From Minisyncoccia bacterium (GTDB lineage: Bacteria > Patescibacteriota > Minisyncoccia > Moranbacterales > GCA-2747515): 61,344 nucleotides of DNA. The notes under the pieces were generated by a model that saw nothing but the letters and a program-made list of their open reading frames with translations, was not told where the DNA came from and searched no databases. Position 1 is the stretch's first letter; every line of letters starts with the position of its first letter. The DNA is taken from contig JBGSQF010000013.1 in assembly GCA_041738235.1 (NCBI GenBank), positions 1 to 61,344 on the forward strand, in the 5' to 3' direction. A program made the position numbers and the translations under genes. Of the stretch, positions 19,221 through 27,756 are shown in pieces.

Positions 19221-20024
19221 ATGAAGGTAGACAAACAACATCGTGAAAGTTTATTCAAAATTATCCGAGGAGCTGGAAAGATGATGATGGATTCTTACCA
19301 TGCCAAGCATATTATTTACAAGAAGAGGGATAGAACTTTGGTTACGGAAGTGGATAGAAATGTTGATAAGAGAATATGTGATGGATTACAAAAACTTTTT
19401 CCCAAAATACCAGTTCTCAGCGAAGAGCGAAAGGATTTGCGGGAAAGATTGAAGGGTGAATGTGTCTGGATCCTCGATCCGCTTGACGGAACTCTTGATT
19501 TTATTGATAAAACGCGGGAATTTAGTGTTATGCTTGGTCTTGTTGTTGAAAACGAGCCAATCTTTGGAATAGTTTATCTTCCAGTGACTAGAGAACTTTT
19601 CTGGTCACATCGGAGAGAAGGATCATTTATATGTATTGATGGGAGGGAGGAAAGTATACGGGTAAGTTCTCGAAATATAAACCATGCAAGACTGCTTGTC
19701 AGTCGTTCTCATTTGGGACAACTTGAAAGTAGGTTGGCGAGAAAGTACTTTGGTAAATCAATAGAAATGGGGTCATCTGGGGTAAAAATGGTTCGAATTG
19801 CCCAAGGAAAAGCTGAAGCCTACATAAATTCCAGTGACAAAAGTTCGGAATGGGATACCTGTGGAGCTACTGTTATTCTTCAGGAGGCTGGTGGGAACAT
19901 CAGTGACATGGATGGTAATATCATTCGGTATAACGGCATAGATTCTCGTCACAGACATGGTTATGTTGCCACCAATGGAGTATGTCACAATGACATTTTG
20001 GAAGCTATTAGGTCTAATAAATAA
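19221..20024 (+). CDS. cysQ: 3'(2'),5'-bisphosphate nucleotidase, IMPase family (CysQ-like)
   Basis: IMPase motifs SEERKD, WILDPLDGTLDF, WDTCGATVILQEAGG. Sits between sulfotransferase and sat. Confidence 0.75.
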   Translation: MKVDKQHRESLFKIIRGAGKMMMDSYHAKHIIYKKRDRTLVTEVDRNVDKRICDGLQKLFPKIPVLSEERKDLRERLKGECVWILDPLDGTLDFIDKTREFSVMLGLVVENEPIFGIVYLPVTRELFWSHRREGSFICIDGREESIRVSSRNINHARLLVSRSHLGQLESRLARKYFGKSIEMGSSGVKMVRIAQGKAEAYINSSDKSSEWDTCGATVILQEAGGNISDMDGNIIRYNGIDSRHRHGYVATNGVCHNDILEAIRSNK

Positions 20025-20029
20025 AAAGT

Positions 20030-21112
20030 ATGGGAACGGTGATCGTACAAGTAAGTGATGAAGTTATTCAGGAGGCAGATAATATTGCTGATAACGTATA
20101 CGCACCACTTCGTGGATTTCTCCATGAGAAAGACTTTTGGTCGGTCTTAAACACATATCGTCTTACTAGTGGAGATGTCTGGGCGATGCCAATATTTTTT
20201 GATATTGGTGATGATCAGTATGAGTTGATCCGTAATAAGAGCGAATGTATTATTTTGGGACGTCAGGGTCAGCGGTTCCGGATGAGTGAATTATCAATCT
20301 ATGAGGTGGATAAAGGCAAGGCTTCCAAAAAAATATTTGGAACAAGTGATACAGCACATCCTGGTGTTGAAAAATTTTTCAGAACGGGAAAGAGATTTGT
20401 TGGGGGGATTGTGGAAAGAATATCTTCTGGCGCGAAAGATAAGTCGTTGCATTATCGCACGCCTGGAGAATTAAAAGAGTTATTTCAAAAAAATAGTTGG
20501 GAGGATGTCGTGGCTTTCCAGACGCGAAATCCCCCCCATCGATCACATGAGTTTTTGCAAAAGCAAGCCCTTGTACGGGCGGACGCTTTACTCGTCCAGC
20601 CAGTCATAGGACCCAAAAAGTCGGGCGATGTTGCGGACGAGTATATTATTGGAGCATATGAGATTCTTTTTGAGAAGTATTATCCAGATCGGAATGCGTT
20701 GTTAAGCACCTTTCATACGTTTATGCGCTATGCAGGACCGCGTGAGGCTGTTTTTCATGCCCTTGTTCGGAAAAACTTTGGGTGCGCTCGTATGATTGTG
20801 GGACGGGATCATGCTGGAGTGGGGAGTTACTATGATTCATATGCGGCACATCATATATTTGATCAGTTTGAGGCTGGGGAGATTGGGATTTCTGTGCTAA
20901 AATATCAAAATGCTTCGTTTTGCACCTCTTGTTTGGATATTCTTTTTGAAGGGGGGTGTAAATGTGCCGTTGAGAATCGTTTGAACATCTCTGGAACCAG
21001 ATTGCGTGAAATGCTCAAGAATGGAGAAGATATTCCTGAAGGTTTTATGCGAAAAGAAGTTTCGCAATATCTCATTCAGAATAATAAGGACCTTTTTTGT
21101 TTGTCCAGATGA
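20030..21112 (+). CDS. sat: sulfate adenylyltransferase (ATP sulfurylase)
   Basis: QTRNPPHRSHE and GRDHAGVG motifs, 360 aa. Confidence 0.9.
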   Translation: MGTVIVQVSDEVIQEADNIADNVYAPLRGFLHEKDFWSVLNTYRLTSGDVWAMPIFFDIGDDQYELIRNKSECIILGRQGQRFRMSELSIYEVDKGKASKKIFGTSDTAHPGVEKFFRTGKRFVGGIVERISSGAKDKSLHYRTPGELKELFQKNSWEDVVAFQTRNPPHRSHEFLQKQALVRADALLVQPVIGPKKSGDVADEYIIGAYEILFEKYYPDRNALLSTFHTFMRYAGPREAVFHALVRKNFGCARMIVGRDHAGVGSYYDSYAAHHIFDQFEAGEIGISVLKYQNASFCTSCLDILFEGGCKCAVENRLNISGTRLREMLKNGEDIPEGFMRKEVSQYLIQNNKDLFCLSR

Positions 21113-22083
21113 AGGAGAAAAGATTGAAAAAAGAAGTTATCTGTATTCTTGGAATGCATCGTAGTGGGACATCAATGATTTCTCGTCTTTTAAATATCTG
21201 TGGACTGTATCTTGGGGAAAAGGAGGAACTAATGGTCGAGCTTGATCTAAGAAGTAACAGAAAGGGACACTGGGAACATAGAGAAATCCTTGCGATTAAC
21301 GATGAAATTCTCAGTATTTTTGGCGGATCATGGGATGATCCCCCAACATTCCCTGATGGTTGGGAAAATGATCCAAGACTTGATACTCTCTTCGTTCAAG
21401 CAAATGTTTTAGTAAAGAGAATGAGCGATCGCTCTTTGGTGTGGGGTTTTAAGGAACCGCGAACCTGTTTAACGCTTCCTTTTTGGAAAAGAGTGATTCC
21501 AGGAATGACCTATGTCATCCCCATTCGGAGCATGTTTGAGATCGCCCAGTCTCTTTACAAGCGAGATAATTTTGCGTTGGCGCGCGGAATCTTTTTGTGT
21601 GTCATCTATTGGGAAAGTATATTAAAGAATACAAACGGCGAAAGACGGATATTTACTTTACAAAGGGACTATTTCGTTGATTGGAGCCGTGAATTGGGGA
21701 GAGTTTTGGATTTCATAGGTTGCAAAGATTTTTCTTTTTTGGGAAAGGAAGGGTTGGTTGGGGAATTCATATCCCCAGATCTTTTTCATAATAGGGCGGA
21801 GAATCTGGTAAGTTTTCAGGAGGCGAGGAATATCCTACCGAAAGTTGTGAAGGAAAACATAATCCTTAGAAAAGAGCTTGAGGAAAGATATCTAGAGATC
21901 AAAGCAAAAGATTCAACAATCGAAGCGAGAGATCTAGAGATCAAAGCAAAAGATTCAACAATCGAAGCGAGAGATTTGGAGATAAAGGAAGTAAAAGAGG
22001 AAGTGCAATTGGTAAAATCCTCAAAATTTTGGAAGTTACGGGAACAGTACACGACACTAAAAAGTCGATTATTTGGATTGTGA
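21109..22083 (+). CDS. sulfotransferase with C-terminal coiled coil and SSKFWKLR tail
   Basis: PSB loop LGMHRSGTSMISRLL and IPIRSMFEIAQS. Heptad-rich C-terminus ending KSSKFWKLREQYTTLKSRLFGL*. ATG 21109 overlaps the sat stop (ATGA). Confidence 0.8.
   Translation: MKEKRLKKEVICILGMHRSGTSMISRLLNICGLYLGEKEELMVELDLRSNRKGHWEHREILAINDEILSIFGGSWDDPPTFPDGWENDPRLDTLFVQANVLVKRMSDRSLVWGFKEPRTCLTLPFWKRVIPGMTYVIPIRSMFEIAQSLYKRDNFALARGIFLCVIYWESILKNTNGERRIFTLQRDYFVDWSRELGRVLDFIGCKDFSFLGKEGLVGEFISPDLFHNRAENLVSFQEARNILPKVVKENIILRKELEERYLEIKAKDSTIEARDLEIKAKDSTIEARDLEIKEVKEEVQLVKSSKFWKLREQYTTLKSRLFGL
21891..21974 (+). repeat. perfect 2 x 42-bp in-frame tandem duplication (LEIKAKDSTIEARD x2)
   Basis: 21891-21932 is identical to 21933-21974. 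A degenerate partial third copy follows. Confidence 0.95.
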
Positions 22084-22266
22084 TCAATGTGAAACTCGAT
22101 TCTTTTAAAGCGATCATCCATACTTGGTACAAGAGAAACATAAAACGTTTTATTCCACGTGGTTTTTTTGTTCTTGTGGGAGACACTTTTCGGGGGACTA
22201 CAAGTATCACGTCTCATATAAAAGGTCAAGAAAAAATACTGATAACTTCCATTAAGAAAGGATCTG

Positions 22267-23420
22267 ATGTTTTGGAAAAAAAGATATCCTTCCGGGATTT
22301 TTTGGTTGTGAGATAAGAGCGCGGTCAATTCTCATTGTTGAACCGAATAAATTTCATGGAGAAACGCTTCCCGGTTTTACAAAATATTTTCAGGATCTGG
22401 GGTACCATGTAGATATCTTTATGCGTATGCGAACATTTGAGGAGAATCCTTTTTCCCGATATCCTCAAACTCTTTATCCGAATATATATAGGGGAAGTTC
22501 GATAGAAATAAAGAACACTCTTGCACTTCGCAAGATTTCTGATTATGACTATATATTCTTTAGTACTAATTTTTATTACTATTACAATAAGGCATATGTG
22601 TCTTATTTGGGATTTTTCCCACAGGCAAGGATCGGTTCTTTATTTGTAGAGCACGGTTTATATTTTTTGCATCATAGTATGTGCAACGCGCTTCATAAAC
22701 AAGGGAGAGTTTTTTCGTTAACGGGTGAGTTGGGAAATGAGGTAGGAATAAAAATGCTCAACCCTCATTACTTTGGTAATGTTCAGATTACTGGGAGGTC
22801 ATCGGATGTGACTCAGTTCATAGTGGTTGGTATTAATGCCGGCAGGAGAAATATGGATTTGCTTGTCAAAGCTGTGGGAGTGCTAATTAAAGAGGGTATT
22901 GAAAATTTTTATGTTACTTGTATAGGCAAGGGGGGGTGTCGACGTGCCTGAGCAGTTAAAAAGGAAGTTTGGTTTTTTCGGTAGACAGCCATTTTCCGTG
23001 CTGTATTAGGAAGTTGAAAAATCGGATTTCGTACTTGCCTTACTAGATCCTTTAGCTGAAGAGCATAGAAAATATCTTAATGGACAGGCAAGTGGGACCA
23101 CTCAATTAAGTCTTGGTTTCGAAAAACCAATGGTACTTGAGAAGAGTTTTGCCCAAATGTATGGTTTTGACAATACAAATGGCCTGATATATGAAGGAGC
23201 GGGACTGGCAGACTGTATGAAATATGCCATAAAAATGGGTCAAGACACGTACAATGCTCTCCAGACTGCCATAGGGGAAAAGTCAGAAAATATAAGATCG
23301 CAGTCACTCAATAACCTTAAAGAATCCCTGAAAAAAATTGAAGAAACGGATCCTAGCTTAAGGCACTCCGCTGAATCTACTGAGCTAAGCTCCTATTTTC
23401 CTGATCAGAGCATTGTTTAA
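22267..23420 (+). pseudogene. disrupted paralogue of the 25574..26875 glycosyltransferase-like gene
   Basis: Readable against the paralogue across three frames. ATG 22267, then a shift in A7 (22276-22282), a shift in G7 (22930-22936), and an in-frame TAG at 23007-23009. Track fragments are 22421..22951 and 23130..23420. Confidence 0.75.
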
Positions 23421-23535
23421 TCTTATAAATCAATATATGATTAGTCTGGATGGTTCTTGCGTGTTTGAACTTAAAGGGAGAGCAAAGGCATGGTTTAAAA
23501 ATGGAGCATATAATTTCTAATCTACAGAAAAAGAG

Positions 23536-24645
23536 ATGAGGCCCAAGAAGGATCCAAAATTAATCATGACACTTTTTGTAAAAGATGAGGTGGATATTAT
23601 TCGCTATAATATAGAATTTCACCTTGCTCATGGAGTGGATTTTATAATTGCAACTGATAACGCTTCTATTGATGGCACAAGGGATATTCTTTTGGAGTAT
23701 CAAAATAAGGGACAGCTATTCTTGATCGATGCTCCGGAGGGAAGTTTTCCCCAGGCGGAATATAATAATAAGATGGCACAGATGGCAATGGAGGAATATG
23801 GCGCGGATGTGATATTTCATTGTGACGCGGATGAGTTTTGGTATCCTAAATATGGGGATCTCAAAACCGAGATATGGGAATCCTTGGAGGATGTTATGAT
23901 TGTAGAGCTTGCCAATGTTCTTTTGGCAGCAAGAAATGGCAATGAGTCTTTTCCCAAGGACGCAAAATACGCTGTAGTGAACCCTATACAGGCTGTTGAT
24001 TACATGAAAGAGACGGAAACAAAAAATCTTTATTTTTTTCGATATCCTCCGAAGGTGATGTTTAAGACAGGAAAGGGGTGTCTTTTGGTGGATCATGGAA
24101 ACCACCATATAATGAATGCAGCTGGGAATTTTGTACAAAGGAATTCTAAAAATATCACTATCTATCATTTTCCCATGAGAAGTAAGGAGAGATTTTTTCA
24201 AAAGGTGATCAAATGCGGTCGAGCAACTGAGAAAAGTAAGGCGTTGGATACAAATCAGAATTTTCACATTCGTCGGTGGTTCGCTGCATACAAAACAGGA
24301 AGGTTGGATGATGAATATGTCCATCTCACGGTGCAAGTGGATGAGGCTAAACAACTTAAGAATCAGGGTTTGCTTGTCGATTTCAGTTTTGAGCATATGA
24401 ATGATGTTGGGCTAGGAAGAGATTTTTCTCCTTTTAGGGAGATTGGGATCTTGGAGAGGGCATTTCAAGATAAAACGCAAGAGCTTCAGGATACAAAGGC
24501 CACGCTTCTTGGATTAACTCACGAGCTTCAGGATACAAAGGCCACGCTTCTTGGATTAACTCACGAGCTTGGGCATTTGAAGTCTTCAAAATTTTGGAAA
24601 TTACGGACAAAGTATATGTCATTAAAAAGCCGATTATTCGGGTGA
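23536..24645 (+). CDS. GT-A glycosyltransferase (PF13704-like) with C-terminal coiled coil and SSKFWKLR tail
   Basis: LFVKDEVDIIRYNIEFHLAHGVDFIIATDNASIDGT ... IFHCDADEFW. Tail KSSKFWKLRTKYMSLKSRLFG*. Confidence 0.65.
   Translation: MRPKKDPKLIMTLFVKDEVDIIRYNIEFHLAHGVDFIIATDNASIDGTRDILLEYQNKGQLFLIDAPEGSFPQAEYNNKMAQMAMEEYGADVIFHCDADEFWYPKYGDLKTEIWESLEDVMIVELANVLLAARNGNESFPKDAKYAVVNPIQAVDYMKETETKNLYFFRYPPKVMFKTGKGCLLVDHGNHHIMNAAGNFVQRNSKNITIYHFPMRSKERFFQKVIKCGRATEKSKALDTNQNFHIRRWFAAYKTGRLDDEYVHLTVQVDEAKQLKNQGLLVDFSFEHMNDVGLGRDFSPFREIGILERAFQDKTQELQDTKATLLGLTHELQDTKATLLGLTHELGHLKSSKFWKLRTKYMSLKSRLFG
24481..24570 (+). repeat. perfect 2 x 42-bp in-frame tandem duplication (ELQDTKATLLGLTH x2) plus 6 nt of a third copy
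   Basis: 24481-24522 is identical to 24523-24564. 24565-24570 repeats the first 6 nt. Confidence 0.95.
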
Positions 24646-24656
24646 TAAATAACCTC

Positions 24657-25403
24657 ATGAATGAGAACATTGCTATTTCTGTAGAAAATGTAAGTAAATC
24701 TTTCCGCATTCCTCATGAGAAAATATCTTCAGTGCGTGGGGTGTTTGTGAATGCTCTTCGTCCCGGCAGGACAACTTACGAAGAGTTTAAAGCTCTCGAC
24801 AATGTGTCCTTTGAGGTAAAGAAGGGTGAATTTTTTGGTATTATCGGGCGTAACGGTAGTGGGAAATCGACACTTCTTAAGATCCTTGCAAATATCTATC
24901 AACCGGATAAAGGAAAAGTTTTTATAGATGGGATGGTCTCACCGTTTCTTGAACTGGGTATAGGATTTAACCCCGAACTTTCCGGACGAGACAACGTGTA
25001 TCTTAATGCTACTGTATTAGGACTTACCAAGAAGCAAATTGATGAGAAATTCGACTCCATCATCGCCTTCTCCGAACTCGATCGGTTTATTGATCAAAAA
25101 CTCAAGAATTATTCTAGTGGGATGCAGGTGCGACTTGCCTTCTCCGTTTCCATATATGCCAATAGAGAGATACTTCTTATGGACGAGGTGTTGGCTGTGG
25201 GGGATGCAAATTTTCACAAAAAGTGTCTTGATCATTTTGAATCTATAAAAGGGAATAAAACCGTTCTACTTGTAACGCACGATCTTGAAACCGCAGAAGA
25301 ATTTTGTGACCGAATAGCAGTTATTGATCAAAGTAAACTTCAATTTGTGGGTTCTCCAAGGGAGTCGGTAAGTATCTATAAAGATCGCATGAAAGAAAAA
25401 TAA
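24657..25403 (+). CDS. ABC exporter ATP-binding protein (Wzt/TagH-like), short form
   Basis: Walker A GRNGSGKSTL, signature YSSGMQVRL, Walker B LLMDEVLAVGD. 248 aa with no C-terminal extension. ATG 24657 lies inside the ORF that opens at 24594. Confidence 0.9.
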   Translation: MNENIAISVENVSKSFRIPHEKISSVRGVFVNALRPGRTTYEEFKALDNVSFEVKKGEFFGIIGRNGSGKSTLLKILANIYQPDKGKVFIDGMVSPFLELGIGFNPELSGRDNVYLNATVLGLTKKQIDEKFDSIIAFSELDRFIDQKLKNYSSGMQVRLAFSVSIYANREILLMDEVLAVGDANFHKKCLDHFESIKGNKTVLLVTHDLETAEEFCDRIAVIDQSKLQFVGSPRESVSIYKDRMKEK

Positions 25404-25573
25404 TCGGGGATAACTTATAAATTTTGCTTCTGAAAGGTTCAAGATAGGTTATCTTCCAGTGTATTTGCTGAGAATCCTTTAAGTCTTACCGGTTTCGTTT
25501 TATGGAAACTATAGGTACGACTTACTAGAACGTAAGAAGAAAATGTTTTATTACCGGATGCTTTAAGAAAAAT

Positions 25574-26875
25574 ATGGATACTTCAAAGAAACAGATTCTT
25601 TTAGAATTTCGTGAACATGGGATCAGGGACAAATCGGTTCTTATTGTAGAGCCAAATGAGTGTCATGGAGAAACGCTTCCCGGCTTTACAAAATATTTTC
25701 AAGATCTGGGATATTGTGTAGATATCTTTATGCGAACGGGAACATTTAATGAGAATCCATTTTCGCGATATCCGCAGAGTCTTTATCCAAATATATACAA
25801 GGGTTGTTCGACAGAGATCAAAAATACTCTCGCATCTCCAGAAATCCTTGAATATGACTATGTGTTTTTCAATAGTAATTGGGAGTATGCTCACGGAAAA
25901 ACATACACGGCATATTTGGGTTTTTTCCCACAAGCAAAGTTTGGGTCGATGTTTGTAGAACATGGTGCTTATTTCTTCCAGAAAAATGAATGTAACTGCC
26001 TATATGGACAAGAAAGGGTTTTTGCATTGACAGATGCATTGGGAGGTGAAATGGGAATAAAGACGCTTAGCCCTCACTATTTTGGGGATGTTCGCATAAC
26101 AAAGAAATCATCGGATGAAGTGAGATTTGCAGTTGTTGGGGTCAGCCCTGATAGAAGAAATGTGGATTTACTTTTAGATGCGGTAGATACACTGACAAAA
26201 GGGGGTGTTGAGAATTTTCGTATTACCTGTATTGGAGATGGAAGGAGGAGTGTTCCTAAAGGGTTGGGAGGAGTGCTTAACTTCTTGGGGAGACAGTCTT
26301 TCTCCGTCCTATATGAAGAGGTGGAGAAAGCGGATTTTATCCTTGCTTTATTGGATCCTTCAAGTGAAAATCATAGGAATTATTTACGTGGGAAAGCAAG
26401 CGGTACTGTTCAGCTAAGTCTTGGATTTGGGAAACCAATGATTATCGAGGAACATTTTGCCGAGGTGTATGGATTTAACAATGAAAATTGCTTGCTGTAC
26501 CGGGGAAATGAATTAGCGTCTACAATGAAAAATGCAATAGAAATGAGTCAAGGTGAGTATTGTAATATCCAGCACGGTCTCAAAGATAAGAAAGACGATT
26601 TGGGCATGAAATCGATAAATAATTTAAGAAGATTCCTAGTCAGGGTGAAAGAACTTGATTTAAGGACAAAGAGATGTGCAGAGCTCATTGACTCTGAAAT
26701 GAATAATATAAGAGATGATATAAACCGGATGAATAGGGTCGTTTATGATCTGAATCGGGAAATAACCTTCATGCGATCATCTAGATTTTGGAAGATGCGA
26801 TGCTTGTGGAATAATGTAAAGGTTTTTGTGTCTTCTCCAGCTAAATTTATAAGAAAGTACTTTAAGATTGTATAA
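25574..26875 (+). CDS. GT-B-like glycosyltransferase-like protein with coiled coil and SSRFWKMR tail
   Basis: C-terminal half is GT-B-like (FAVVGVSPDRRNVDLL..., GKASGTVQLSLGFGKPMII). Ends ...MRSSRFWKMRCLWNNVK...*. Family uncertain. Confidence 0.6.
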   Translation: MDTSKKQILLEFREHGIRDKSVLIVEPNECHGETLPGFTKYFQDLGYCVDIFMRTGTFNENPFSRYPQSLYPNIYKGCSTEIKNTLASPEILEYDYVFFNSNWEYAHGKTYTAYLGFFPQAKFGSMFVEHGAYFFQKNECNCLYGQERVFALTDALGGEMGIKTLSPHYFGDVRITKKSSDEVRFAVVGVSPDRRNVDLLLDAVDTLTKGGVENFRITCIGDGRRSVPKGLGGVLNFLGRQSFSVLYEEVEKADFILALLDPSSENHRNYLRGKASGTVQLSLGFGKPMIIEEHFAEVYGFNNENCLLYRGNELASTMKNAIEMSQGEYCNIQHGLKDKKDDLGMKSINNLRRFLVRVKELDLRTKRCAELIDSEMNNIRDDINRMNRVVYDLNREITFMRSSRFWKMRCLWNNVKVFVSSPAKFIRKYFKIV

Positions 26876-26889
26876 TTTTGTTTAATCCC

Positions 26890-27756
26890 ATGAACGTTGC
26901 TTTCTCTGTTATACTTCCAACGTACAATCGCAAGCTATGTATAGGGCGTGCGATAGATTCTTTGCTATCCCAATCATTTAATAGATTCGAGCTTATTGTT
27001 ATTGATGACGGATCCTCTGATGGTACAAAAGACTTCTTGGAGGATAAATATAACAAAGAGTTGAACGATCGAAAAATCCGATATATTAAACTAGAGGAAA
27101 ATAAGGGGGTTTCTTTTGCTCGAAATGAGGGATTGAAGAGGTCACAATATGAGTGGGTTGCTTACCTTGACTCTGACAATCAAATGAGGCCAGATTTTTT
27201 AGGAACATTTTCTAATTATATTATTCGATACCCTGAGAAAAAGGCATTTTATGCTCAAGCAAGAAAGGTTAATTCAGGAGAAATTGTGGGACATGAGTTT
27301 GATTTTAATCGCTTGATACACGGGAATTATATAGATCTTGGGGTTTTTGTTCATGCTCGTAAATTATATGAGACATTCGGTGGATTTGACATTGGTCTGA
27401 GGAGATTAGTAGATTGGGATTTGATTATTCGGTATTCGGAGGAGTATAGTCTTAAGTTTATAGAGGAGGTGCTATTGGATTATTATGACGGATCGGATTT
27501 CTCAAGGATCACAAACTGTGCCTCCCTTGGAGAAAATTATAAGAAAATAGTTTTAGAGCATTACCAGAGAGTGCCATCGGAGTTTTTTATGGAGCAATAC
27601 AATACATATTATAAGATGTATATGGAACTGGAAGAGAGGATGGCAATACTAGAAAAGAATCTTCAACAAAAAAATCAGCAAATCAAACTTATAGAAGCAT
27701 CAAAATTTTGGAAGCTGAGGGAATTTTTGTTAAAGAATATGAGAAGGAAGATATGA
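26890..27756 (+). CDS. family 2 glycosyltransferase with coiled coil and ASKFWKLR tail
   Basis: FSVILPTYNRKLCIGRAIDSLLSQSF..ELIVIDDGSSDGT and LDSDN. Tail EASKFWKLREFLLKNMRRKI*. Confidence 0.85.
   Translation: MNVAFSVILPTYNRKLCIGRAIDSLLSQSFNRFELIVIDDGSSDGTKDFLEDKYNKELNDRKIRYIKLEENKGVSFARNEGLKRSQYEWVAYLDSDNQMRPDFLGTFSNYIIRYPEKKAFYAQARKVNSGEIVGHEFDFNRLIHGNYIDLGVFVHARKLYETFGGFDIGLRRLVDWDLIIRYSEEYSLKFIEEVLLDYYDGSDFSRITNCASLGENYKKIVLEHYQRVPSEFFMEQYNTYYKMYMELEERMAILEKNLQQKNQQIKLIEASKFWKLREFLLKNMRRKI

Noticed and set aside
22029-22316. A 95-aa plus-strand ORF bridging the end of the tailed sulfotransferase and the pseudogene 5' end.
   Set aside because: It overlaps the 3' end of a good gene in another frame and has no recognisable features. 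Its 3' end is merely an off-frame of the disrupted paralogue's N-terminus.
21891-24570. Regularly sized direct repeats, considered as a possible CRISPR or minisatellite array.
   Set aside because: Each locus has only two adjacent copies with no spacers. Both are in frame inside coding sequence, so they are coding tandem duplications. No cas genes are in the window.
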